This document shows positions 1-12,400 of a DNA stretch of 64,000 nt, piece after piece (the stretch's first letter is position 1; each line of letters starts with the position of its first letter). Source of the DNA: Haliotis rufescens (Eukaryota); assembly GCF_023055435.1 (NCBI RefSeq), contig NW_025963782.1, positions 1 through 64,000 on the forward strand, read 5' to 3'. The notes below the pieces were generated by a model, which searched no databases, was not told the origin of the DNA, and worked only from the letters and a program-made list of their open reading frames with translations. The position numbers and the translations under genes are program-made.

Positions 1-1641
1 CAAGGAACACAGCCCCCAAGAAGCTTGCAGCATCCTCAGTGGTAGCACCTTTCTGTTTGTTGGGGATTCTCTGGTTCGTCATGTATATACTGCTATGGTG
101 CTGCTTGTTACGGGGAATATGAAAGATGGAGCCATGAATGAAAATGTACCACAGAGTAAGTTCAAATGATTCATTGTGTGAGATCTTGAGGTTTGAACTT
201 GCTTGGTTTTGTTTTATGTATATCTCCGCATTCAGCAATATTCCAGCTATATGACGGTGGTCTATAAATATTCGAGTCTGGACCAGACAATCCAGTGATT
301 GATATCTTGAGCATCAATCCACGCAAATGGGATCGATGGCATGCATCAACCAAGTCAGCGAGACTGACCACACGATCCCGTTAGTCTCGCATAAACATAT
401 ACATGTACATAGCTCCCCGGCTGCGTCATACAAAAAGACGTTAAAAGATGGTACTTGTTGTTACCCTGTCTGGCGCTCGGCATTAGGGGCTTACAGAAGG
501 ACTGGTCGGCTCTGAGTATGTATACTGTGTCTGAGTGGAGTATTCATGTTAAACTGCGGCATGGTATCTCAGTGTGCTAGCACTATAAATCGGCATCAGT
601 CCAGACTAGTACAAGCAGCCACACACACGTGCATGCACATCGCTATATAAGTGCAATAATCTTGGACGCGACGTTAAACCCCATTTCACCTCCCCTCACC
701 CATAGCAAAGTTGAAGGAAAAGAAGGAAACATACGATTAGATGAAACTATATCACTAAGGATATCAATGAAACACGTCAGAGGAAAATGCTATTTTTCTG
801 AATTTTCTGAATATATTATTTTCATACTCACACATCTATGAATACTTTCCTATATGCACATAGACGTCAAACGCTTAATCGATAAAATATGATTTGATCA
901 TTATTTGAAATAAACATATTCGAGATAATTCTTTTGGAATACCGTGCACGAAAACAAACGTATCAATGTCAGTTGTTTAACGACCGATTCAGTTGTGTTC
1001 AGAAGCAGCTGTTGTATTAACCGCTCCATTGATAATATAAACATTTTTAATGTTGATCCTTTGTCTTGACTTGTTGATCTTGTGTTTCAGATGTTAAAAA
1101 GGTGTGTAGCGGAATGTATATGTTCACAGAAAAATTGTGCCGACTGCATCTGAAGTATCAGCTTCGTGCCTGCAATGGCACAGCTAACCTGGAACTGAAG
1201 TACTTCTTCTCTGCAACATTCGGCCCGCACTTGAAACAAAGAGTCGCAAATATAAATAGCAAGTCATTACTTTTCGTAGGTATAGGTCCACACAATTTTT
1301 TTAACCATAAAGAAGTTCAAGAGAAGTTTCTGTTACCAACACTGTCCTACATGCGCAACAATACGAGACCTTGGCCAAAAGTACTGTGGGCAGCGAGTCA
1401 TGCTCCGGGTGCGTTGAAGTCCCCGAAAGTATTGGCCCAGTCGTACGACAGCGTTAAACGCTACAATGGCAACATGGAGAGTTTCCTGCGAGCTTGGAAA
1501 GTTCCTATTTTCGATACCTTTAACATGACGGATGGAATGACGAGCTTTGATGGTTCGCATTATGGACTTGGGATGAATGTAGTGAAAGCGAATGTAATAT
1601 TGAGTTACCTAAATGAATTGAAAAATAAAGGATTGTGGTGA
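1..1641 (+). CDS. 3' part (last two exons) of an SGNH-fold / PC-esterase-like acyl-esterase or acyltransferase (NXPE/TBL/CASD1-type motifs)
   Basis: Exon <1-155 reads KEHSPQEACSILSGSTFLFVGDSLVRHVY...VPQ and ends at a GTAAG donor at 156. Acceptor tttcag at 1090 opens exon 1091-1641, which joins in phase 1 and continues into the 179-aa ORF with DGSHYG. GDS and DxxH catalytic motifs are both present. The 5' exons lie outside the window. Confidence 0.8.
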
Positions 1642-2695
1642 AACCTCTTGTTGGTGTCTATTATTTAGTTTTAGTTTTGTTCGGCCATAAAAAAGAATAA
1701 GAAGATCCTTGATATATTTTTATGGATTAAAGTCTAAAATCATATACATACCAGAGATCATAATTTCAGGCACTTGTTCCGTTAAACTTGTTCCATTAAT
1801 ATATCATATTTCAAGTAGATTCATGGTGCTGACAAACCTAGAATCAGGGCAAACTTGAATTAGAACCCACGATCATAAGTTTCTCAGGCGGGCCTGATGG
1901 CCGCAAGTCTGCACGGCGAATTCTGATACGTAACATGATAAATGATTCTCAACCTTTGGAACGTTAATTTCACATACATGTACTTATGAAAAAGTATATG
2001 ATATGTTCGAATTCAAGTCGGCCCTGATTCTAAGTTTGACAGCACCATACTCATGCTTATGGGTTTACCTAGTGGTTAAAGCGTTCCCTCGTCATGGCGA
2101 AGACCCGTGTTCGATTCCCGACATGGGAACAATGTGTGAAGCTAATTTCTGGTGTCACCCGCCATGATATTGCATGAATATTGTTTAAAGCGGCGTAAAA
2201 TCACTCACTCACTCATGAGTTTCACCAAAGTAGTTAACCTCTAGGACCCGCTTCACCTCGGGACATTCGCCCACATCAAGACATGACGTGATTCAGGACA
2301 TAACTGAAACTGTTCGAAGTGACGTTAAATCAAACTCGCCCACCATTGGTGAGCTGAGAAGAAAAGGTATGGAAAAAGACACTGAAAGAATGGCGTCTTT
2401 TGTCATCTGAAAGTATCCGATCGTTAAACCTCCAATCATTACGGATGTTGTCGAGGCATATGCAAAAGGGATATACCAAAAGAAAAGATGAATGTGTTGA
2501 ATGTCTAGTGGTAGAGCGTCCGCCCGGAAAGTGGATGATGCGGGGTTGGGTCCCGGCCGCGTCATACCAAAAGATGTTAAAAGATAGTACTTGTTGTTAC
2601 CCTGTCTGGCGCTTGGCATTAAGGTCGGCTCGGAGTCAGAATACTGTGTCTGAGTGGGATATTCATGTTATATGGGATATCTCAGTGGGCTAGCA

Positions 2696-2902
2696 NNNNN
2701 NNNNNNNNNNNNNNNNNNNNNNNNNNNNNNNNNNNNNNNNNNNNNNNNNNNNNNNNNNNNNNNNNNNNNNNNNNNNNNNNNNNNNNNNNNNNNNNNNNNN
2801 NNNNNNNNNNNNNNNNNNNNNNNNNNNNNNNNNNNNNNNNNNNNNNNNNNNNNNNNNNNNNNNNNNNNNNNNNNNNNNNNNNNNNNNNNNNNNNNNNNNN
2901 NN
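2696..2902. other. Assembly gap
   Basis: Run of N. Confidence 1.
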
Positions 2903-5900
2903 ACCAGGGGTATGGGAGACAACTCTGCTTGTCTTGTTTACATAGTGATTTGCAGTTCGCTTCAATTGTGCTCAATGTTATAATTCTTCTCACTGTGATG
3001 TTTTCCACTGAAAATCCATTTGTTATAATTCATGTGTAATTTACTGGTATCTGTAATTGATAATAGTACACTCATTGTTCTGTAGTACATCTCCAAGTCT
3101 AACACTTGATATTTCAAGTACAGTTTCTGTTAAACTCATTTCCAAGCACGTGTTCCTTGAAGTAAAATTACTATTCGTGCATTGTAAATATGAATATTAT
3201 ATTTTAATGATAGGATTTATTATTTTCCTGTTCATCGAAAGTTAATACTGATCTTGTGTCAGATAGATGTTGAGAACAGAGAGAATTTAACAGGTAAATA
3301 GATACCATATTGTAACGATTGAGCTGGACGTTATATCCGTAGCGCCACGCCAAGTTTTAAACTTGACAGCAATACATTTTTGCCAGCCATGTTTTTACGA
3401 ATACGGAAATAATGACCCGAATTCCTCATTGTGTTTTCAGTCAATATAAGTTATTGATGAGCTGAGTAACATTTGGTTTAGTGTGCCAGGATCATAAGAT
3501 CATAAGAGGAGCGGGCCCTATATTTGGACTGAGGCGGACTAAGGCGGATCCAACTGGTTGAAATTCTGGAAAGACTGGGAATTGCAGATATATAAACGGA
3601 AAACAAGGGTAAATTGTTGCCCACACCAGGGTCCGTCATCGCGCAATGTAAAGTAGAAACCAAGCCTGAGAGAGTGAGTGAGTGAGTGAGTATGGTTTAA
3701 CGCCGCTTTTAGCAATATTCGAGCAATATCACGGCTGGGGACCCCAGAAATGGGCTTCACACATTGTACCCATGTCGGGAATCGAACCCGGGTCTTCAGC
3801 TTGACGAGAGAACGCTTTAACCATTAGGCTACCCGACCGCCCAAAACCAAGCCTGAAGTAACACAAACAGGTGCGCCAAATCCCCCACTTCAAGCTACCC
3901 TGAGAAAAAAATGTTAAGGCGCATTGCCTGATCAATGGAAAACTTGGTATACGTTTCATCAACCTTTTCCGATAGATTGACTCCGGAAAGAAACTCGGCT
4001 ATTCAGGCCTTGAAATCATCGAAGGAGTAATCAGAGCTATCGGCACCACAGATTCATTCCGGGAGTACCTTGAAGGGAATAGTAATATTCCAGTAACATC
4101 AGAGCGGGGGACACCAGAAATGGGCTTCACACATTGTAGCCATGTGGGTAATGGAACCAGGTCTTTCGGCACGACGGGCGAACGCTTTTACCACTAGGCT
4201 TTCCCACCGCCCCTAAAGTCACAGCAATAACCCGAATCTATTGATTCCAAAAGAATGAACTCGTCCCTTCGGCGAATTGTTTGTGATAGAATGTTGATAT
4301 ATACTGGATAATCGGATTGATTGCTGCTTGGACACTCTCCCATCATTACACTGCCCCTGCTATGTTGTGTATGTCAAAGAACGAAATGCCCTCAAAAACT
4401 GCTCACTGACCGAAATAGTTTGCTTAGTTTACTTACGTAATTAGTGAATTGCACTGTCCACTCAGGCACTAACTTGTTACGATATTTCACTAATCAGTTA
4501 GTAAATATTTGCTAATTAGACTAGTACATGTGGCCTATCATTGACTAGGGCAGTTTACTAATCAGTTAGTAGACATTACTATTCAAATAATCTTCTTCTC
4601 ATAATTTACTAACAGCAATAGTATATTTACAAAGCTTGTATGTTTTACTACACTTTAATAAAGGCTCGTTCCTTTGTCATTTTGCAATCCCTGTTGACAC
4701 CTGCTGAATACAATTGGCAAACAAAACAGAAGAAAACATGAAAAATTCAGGTGAAAGATAACAAAAAACGATTTTTCAGTTGCATTTTACGTTTACTTAT
4801 ACAATGCTACGTAAACATTCTTCATTAAGTACATGCTGTAAAGTTTTTGTGATTTCATGAATAAAAACAAATTTATGGCGTCAATCGCTCCTTTTCTTAA
4901 AAATAATAGAGTTGAGACCTGGTACAAGGATATTCCCCTACTTAAAACACATCCCCACTTTCACACTTTGACCAAACATTGTCTCGTGGAAAATTATTTG
5001 CTTAATTCAACAGAACTCTTTGTCGGCTGTATTTATTCTGTGTGAGTCGCCCTTGCGTGATTTACGAGGAATACGTTTTCTGCCGCTGTTGCACGTGCAC
5101 CAAGATCCCTCGTGAACTGATATTTAAAATGCATTATACACGGCTCATCATAATTTCGTGGGGTCCTTTTGTTTGTTTGTTGTATAACGCCGCACTCAGC
5201 AATATTCAAGCTGTATGACGGTTGTCTGTAAATAATCAAGTTGGGACCAGACAATCCAGTGATTAATATCATGAGCATCGATCCACTCAACTGAGAAGCG
5301 ATGAAATGCATCACCCGAGTCAGCGAGCCTGACCACACGATCCCGTTAGTCTCATATAAACATATACATGTACATATATCCCCGGCTGCGTCATACAAAA
5401 AGACGTTAAAAGATGGTACTTGTTGTTACCCTGTCTGGCGCTCGGCATTAGGGGCTAACAGAAGGACTGGTCGGCTCGGAGTCTGTATACTGTGTCTGAG
5501 CGGAGTATTCCACATAGTCACCATTCCCGGCAAACATCGGTTGCTGAAGACCTATTCTTCCCCGGATCTTCTCGGGTCTCGTGGGGTCCTGAAGTAATAT
5601 TTCATCAATCGCTTATAATTAAATGCTGACGGGGATTATAGGATAGATTGAGACCTGAATCTATTTGCTTTAAATATGATCATTGACGTAGTAGCCTGCT
5701 GTAACAACATTATAAACATAATATTTTTTGCTTTTAAGGCTTTTACGGGGGGCCTCTGCTCCATTATTTTTAGGGAATGGAGAGTTACTCGGACATTCCC
5801 CTTCTGCATGGGATACCCCTTCTCTCCACCACTGCCACGTGCAATCAACCAGGCAGGATATATTGTAAATAAGCTGTTTACGAACCATCTGCCCCTGTCA

Positions 5901-8167
5901 CTCAATAACTTTGTACAATTCTCTGGACTGTTTTCTCATTTTGGCCGATTCACTTACTGTGTACCTTTGGTATAAAACCCAACTAAACGCTTATAGCTGT
6001 GTTCCCTATGTAGCAATGTTCCAGGTTACAACTCCCACCCACCAGATCATGTTTCATGTTGACAGTGCCTGACATGAATAACCGGTGTAGAGCCAGGAAA
6101 ATACGTGTGGCTATTTTCGCTTGGTGATCTCGTCATATATCATTTTGTTGCTGCATGTGCATTAACACGGAACAGCATGTCACCACTTTGTCACGTCAGC
6201 GAAGTTGTAAGATGAATGGGACAGTAAACAACATTTACACCCTGATCTTTGATCCACAGATGTCCCGTCAAGTTTCAGGATCTAGAATTCAAAGTTGACG
6301 TAAACAATTCGTTGCACATGATGCAGAACGGTAACGTCATTTGTCATGACGCATATCCTATTTGCCAGGGATGTTTTTCTCCCCCGTTGAATTCTTTGCA
6401 AGCAGTAGAATGTTCTAGCTGCTGTGTGTCTTTTCAAATGGAAACGTTGAGTGTGTTGTTTGTGATTTTTCTCCGACCTTCTCATGGCTTTACATCGTAC
6501 AGAAGTTCTTATACGTACAATGCAGAGCCGCGTTTGCGTCTGTGTACGGCGGGGTCGGTGTCGAAGTCGTCCTTCGGATACAACATGTACGCATCGAATG
6601 GTATGTAAACCGCAAGAGGTTCTTTTGACAATCTTTGATGTATTTTTAACCATTTATTTCACAAAAAGTAAATCGGTTTAGAAAGGAGTTTACAGTATCA
6701 TTTATCCTTTGAATCTGTATGTTGTTACATTTATGAGTTTACAAACACCAAGGTGTCTTTACCGCTGTTGGGTAGGGCCCAGCCAAAGGTAAGGTTTGAT
6801 GGTATTCCAAGGTAAGTATCTGGTTTGGGAACAAGGGGTATAAAAAAAATCCACTGTCGAAACATCTGACAGAGTTTAAGAAGGTCATGGCAGAATCAGC
6901 AATAGCCTTAAAAAGCATGTTATGAAGGCGTGAAACGTTGCTATGTATTTGTACCAAGTGGGGATTAGATAGTAAAAGAGGATATAGCATCACGTTCCCA
7001 GTTACCAACGTTGTCAGAGACGATGGGTCGGGTATCCAACTCGGCTTAGTTGATTCCGTGTCATTGGGTTCAGATGCTCTGGGACGATGCCCATGATTGG
7101 AATCACTGGTTTGTCTGGACCAGACTCCACTATTTACAGGCCGCCATGGTAGGCTAGATAGAATATTGCAATAGTACGGCTTCAAATAAGGCAACAAAAA
7201 TAACATGTAGTAAAATATAGAGTTGATGGACATTATTTCATATAATACTTCATAGTTCAAAAGAAAGCTTGAGGTACCGGTAGACACTTTTGTAGAAATA
7301 AATAAAGTAAAAGGCAATAAATAGTACTTTCAAATGTCATATGAATGATCTCGGGACATAAGTCTGGCCAGTTCAGTTGAAATGTTGAACAAACACTAGA
7401 CAAGATCCTAGTAGTTGACATAGAGAAACATATTCTCCATATATATTGGGTATTTTGGTAATCTAATTCGTTAAATCCATTTTATAAATCAAAATACCCT
7501 GTGTTTTAGCTGGTGACAAGGTAATATCAGTAATCGACTGAGTATGTTGAAATACCATGGATATATCTACAGACATTCAATATTCAATGACATCACTTTA
7601 CTATAATGCCAACGTGGTTATTTTTCCATTTTGTCTAATGTACAAAAGGTGGCATTATCCCCGCGTTGTTCTGTATTGGTTGGTTTGTTTTGTTGTTTAA
7701 CGCCGCACTCAGCAATATTCCAGCTATATGACGGCGGTCTGTAAATAATCGACCAGACAATCCAGTGATTAATATCATGAGCATCGATCCACGCAATTGG
7801 GATGGATGACATGCATCAACCAAGTCAGCGAGGCTGACCACCCGATCCCGTTAGTCGCCTTTTACGACAAGCATAGTCACCTTTTACTCGTTGTACTGTA
7901 AGTTATACTTACCAATGTTTATGTATCGTAGAATAGTCAGTTGATGGAACTATTGGCAGTGGACAACATACAACCCTGTTCACGTACCTTTTCTGCACGT
8001 AAAGTTGCACATGTAAATAAAAGCATAAGTATGAAATAAACAAATTCCAAAAGGGAGAGATTTCTCATTTCTTCTTTGTACTTATCTGACAATAGGATTG
8101 GCGCAAGAAGGATTGTTTGGATTAAACCGACATCAAAGGCGTGGTTGAATGATATTGTAAAGGAACT

Positions 8168-8228
8168 TTCCGCAGAGTGACCAGAGAATTCCGCAGAGTG
8201 ACCAGAGAATTCCGCAGAGTGACCAGAG
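8168..8228. repeat. 21-bp tandem repeat, 3 copies
   Basis: ttccgcagagtgaccagagaa x3. Confidence 0.9.
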
Positions 8229-8291
8229 ACAAGTTTTACTTCCTTTATCATAAGCTTTAAAGTCCTTATCCAAAGAGTCGTCATGTCAGTC

Positions 8292-8460
8292 AGGGCGTTA
8301 GGGTAGCCTTGTGGTTAAAGCGTTCGCTCGTCACGCCGAAGACCCGGATTCGATTCACCACATGGTAACAATGTGTGAAAAACATTTCTGGTGTCACCCG
8401 CCGTGATATTGCTGGAATAGTGCTAAAAGCGGCGTAAAACCATACTCGCTCACTCACTCA
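8292..8460 (+). mobile_element. Short tRNA-derived SINE (family A, about 170 bp), representative copy
   Basis: gggtagcct.gtggttaaagcgttcgctcgtcacgccgaagacccgg.ttcgatt...gcggcgtaaaaccatactc. Other copies at about 2060-2215, 3672-3843 (-), 4082-4213 (-), 22265-22390 (-), 27485-27645, 41970-42120 (-), 52205-52345 and 62030-62168. Confidence 0.88.
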
Positions 8461-9498
8461 ACACGTAAACCCGTGAAACAGAAAGATGAAGTTCATATAG
8501 CAATACATTTTGCTGGTTTCGCCTGCTGAGTCTCGGAATGTGGGAAACCTATTTTCACAAGTTTGCACAAGATGATCTTGTCGTCTTCCGAAACCTTAAA
8601 TTGCTGTACACTATTTGATAATGATCCATAATACTGACGGATTCGCACACTCGACTGTGCTTTTGGCAGATACTATTCATGGATATGGAAAGGCTTTTGT
8701 CGCTTTTATTTCTCTAGCAGGCATTCTCAGTGAACCAATTTAATTCTCAAAGTGGATCATTTGTGGATAGACAAAGTTAAGAAAATTCAAGATATAAGAC
8801 AAAGTTGAATTTAATGGAACAATTTGATATATAAATGTGAGAACACTATGACCAACGGAATATCAGCCGTAATACACCAATAAGTCTGATATCGCGACAT
8901 GTTGTTGATATCGAAAGTGACCTTATCTATATTATATAATAAATTATTCATATCAGTTTTATTAAAACTTCATCCACGTCCACAGAGAAGGGAAAATAGA
9001 ATCATGCGATTTATATAAATTCCCGATTAGTATGGGGTATTCACATATATGCCTTGTTCAAAGTATTGAATATATATCAGTTGTACATATTGACAGGTCC
9101 ATGATGTCAATCACTGGATTGTCTGGTCCAAACTCGATTATGTACTGACCGCCGTCATACAGCAGGAATATTGCTAAGTACGGCTTTAAACAACAAACAG
9201 ACACGCAAAAACATATTGACAGTCAAGCACTTATAATTATGCCTCGTTACTTGTTCATATAAAATCAGATTATGTAGTATTTACCTATGAAATTTGATGA
9301 TGAACAATTTTGTTCCTTTTTTCAGAAGAGTCAGGTCAGAGTGACAGAGAAGGGACAGTTTTGTGTGTGTGTAAAGAGATTGCAGAAAGCAAATTCTGTC
9401 AAATGTTTTCGATATAAGTAATACCTATATCGACAAAAGCATGTATGAATAGTTATATGATACACACTCAAAATGGGCTAATTATGCTAATATTGCAG

Positions 9499-12400
9499 GT
9501 CCACTGCGGTGGCACCGGATCTCAACCTGCTGTGGGGGAGCGAAGCAGTCTCCCGTACCTCTGAGTACCCGAGGCGCAGCGTGTGGTCAGCCCTACACTC
9601 TCACATACAGTCAGTCTCAGGCTGCAAGTGTATCGTCAGTCACATATAACAATGGTAGGATTTCAGTTTGGTGTTAGCTGAATATATAAGTTACCTCTAG
9701 CCATATAGATCGACACGTCCATACCACGAACAACATGCTGAACGTGTGTTTGCAATAAAATAGAATAACAGAATGTTAACGTTCAGGAATACAGATGCGC
9801 CGACCACAGACAATCTCCAGTCATACAAAACACCAGTGTGATTAACTGATGAGGACATCATATTTGATGTCAAATGACTTGTACTCATCTCAGATTGTTA
9901 CGCCATCATTTCTGTAGGTTCCCCTGCAACAATGGTGTCCAAGACCAATATCAGAAACGTCTGCTGAGATCTGATGGTTGTTTTAAAATAAATACGAGTT
10001 AAGGTTACCACAGATTAACACGACTGTGCAGCTTATGGTTTGTTATCAAGTACCAAAGGTTGGAACAAGTGACATTCATATTTGATGCGATAGAGAGCTG
10101 TGATTCGAACCGAGTGCGAAATCTTGAATAAGGACCAACATGGCATGTGTCATTCCTTGTCTATATGTATGGAGGGTGTGATTATTTTTTATACGGCTAT
10201 ATTGTGTTGTACACGCTATCATCGAGTTCATGTTCAAGACCATAAATCATGTTTAAGTGACAAGTGCACATTCGGATTTATATTTCTTGAAACTCGATTC
10301 GTCAGTGTTTCAGAAGAGCACATTTTATAGTGTTTTCAGGCTTATAAAAGGGATACGACCTATTTCCAACCAGGGACTATTTTGTGGCAGAAGTATTAGT
10401 ACAAAGATACGGAACGCAAGACAGGGACATGTTCTCTTTCAATACCAATTCAATGTCTCCTACATATCCACAGGACAAACAGCTACAATGACCTTCCCGA
10501 AAAGGAGACTCTCTCTCAGTGACGTACCCCGTCGTCAGGGCTGCACGTTCCTCCTGGGGGAGATACACTACCATGCTGGCATCACAGGGGACACAGGCTC
10601 CGAACACTGGCTGGAACACACAGGATACGGGGCCGAGGTAGGTAGAGTGGGTGAACCTAGGTCAGAGATAGGCGAACGACGAAATCGGGCGGATGCAATG
10701 AGTCACATGTGGCATCAGGAACTACTTTACTAAAGGTTGCTTCTGGAATGTTACAAGCTGGAAGTTCTTGTTAACCTCGGGAATGAATATGGAGGAAAGG
10801 CCTAGGTATGGACATGGAATTTCAGTCTCTGAATTTAAAGTCCCAGAACCTGCCTTTAGTAACGGATTATTTTGATATACATTGAGGCCATTCTTTATAA
10901 TGATGATATTCCCCTATTGGTGGAATTCACAAGGCTATCCCTAACTTAAACTTGATTTGTTTTTTGTGCAGCGTAAATCTGTTCAGAGAGGGCTTCCTAA
11001 GGTTGTATAACCTGTACATCTCTCCCGTTCACAATGTCAATAAACTATACAAAACAACGATGCCCAGAAACCCTTGCGGATGATGTCCTATGGCACATTC
11101 TTCCACACCCTTGCTCAAAACGATCGCCCAATTCAGCCAATGCTATGGGACCCATCCACTCTCTAATCATTAAACGGGACCCGAGCAGCGAGTAAACATT
11201 GTCCAGAAGCAGGTTGACTGCATCTAGTGAATTGTTACTTACCATGTTGGTGGAAGAAGGATACAGCCCATACTGCCTGTAAACAGCTATGGTGAACAAA
11301 TAGAGGTGAGGTGAGGTGAAATTGGGTTTAACGTCGCGTCCAAGATTATTGCACTTATATAGCGACGTGCATGCACGTGTATGTGTGTGTGTGGCTGCTT
11401 GTACTAGTCCGGACTCATGCTGATTTATAGTGCTAGCTCACTGAGATACCATGCCGCAGTTTAACATGAATACCCCACTCAGACACAGTATACTGACTCC
11501 GAGCCGACCAGTCCTTGTTTTAGCCCCTTAATGCCGAGCGCCAGACAGGGTAACAACAAGTACAATCTTTTAACGTGTTTTTGTATGACGCGGCCCGGGA
11601 TCGAACCCTGGACCTTCCGCTCTCCGGGCGGACGCTCTACCACTAGACCACGGAGGCGGTCGAACAAATAGAGAGACATAACTGTCAATAATTTAGTATT
11701 GACGTGGCAGATGAATGTTGAGATATGAGCAGGTAGGGCACATCAGGACGCTATTCATATTAGCTGAAAACAGCTAAATGCTAAAGTGGATATGCTGTAG
11801 AGATCTATATATGTGAATTGTTAATGTAGACTGGAAAAACCCCCTGAATTATTAAAAGAAAGATACTAATGTTAATGTGTACAGAAATGTAATATGTATT
11901 ATGGAATAAATGTTATGTTAATGTATATGTAATAACCCTAAAACAAATGATCTAGTTGTTATAATAAAGAATTTATAGTTCCTTATTTTCGTGAGGATTA
12001 CACTGCTATGTTGTCGCTGTTTCAGGTCCATCTGGTGCACTACAACAGGAAGTATAGCGGTATAGTGGAGGCGACGTCAAAACCGGATGGACTTGTCGTT
12101 ATTGCTATCCTTATACAGGCGAGCAGCACGTTCCATGTTGTATTTTCATTTTGTAAACCACATTTTTTAGATTACTGTAAGAAAGTGGTGTAGTATCCCT
12201 GTCTCATGTTTTGGATGACATCATGCCTGATAACTGTAAAGATTGATCCACTCTATGGGGAAAAACAAGGAAAAGGTATATAAGGGTCCTTTTTGTGGTA
12301 ATAGCCAGTACCTATTTGGCAAGTTATCGCGTTTGTTGTTTTAGAAAGCAAGAACATCACCAAACAGCGAGTTAAGAAGATATGTCCGCTTGGTGTCGAG

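Noticed and set aside
2654-3039. ORFs spanning N runs (also 22806-23063 and 48067-48582)
   Set aside because: Artefacts of assembly gaps.
6249-7317. ORFs of 119-192 aa duplicated at 31.8-33.5 kb
   Set aside because: No recognisable motifs, and the frames are broken by indels in the paralog, consistent with non-coding duplicated DNA.
10257-10473. Upstream part of the 158-aa ORF as CA coding sequence
   Set aside because: The acceptor at 10473 gives the canonical NNG-x-T junction. The upstream residues have no CA similarity, although the frame is also open in the duplicate.
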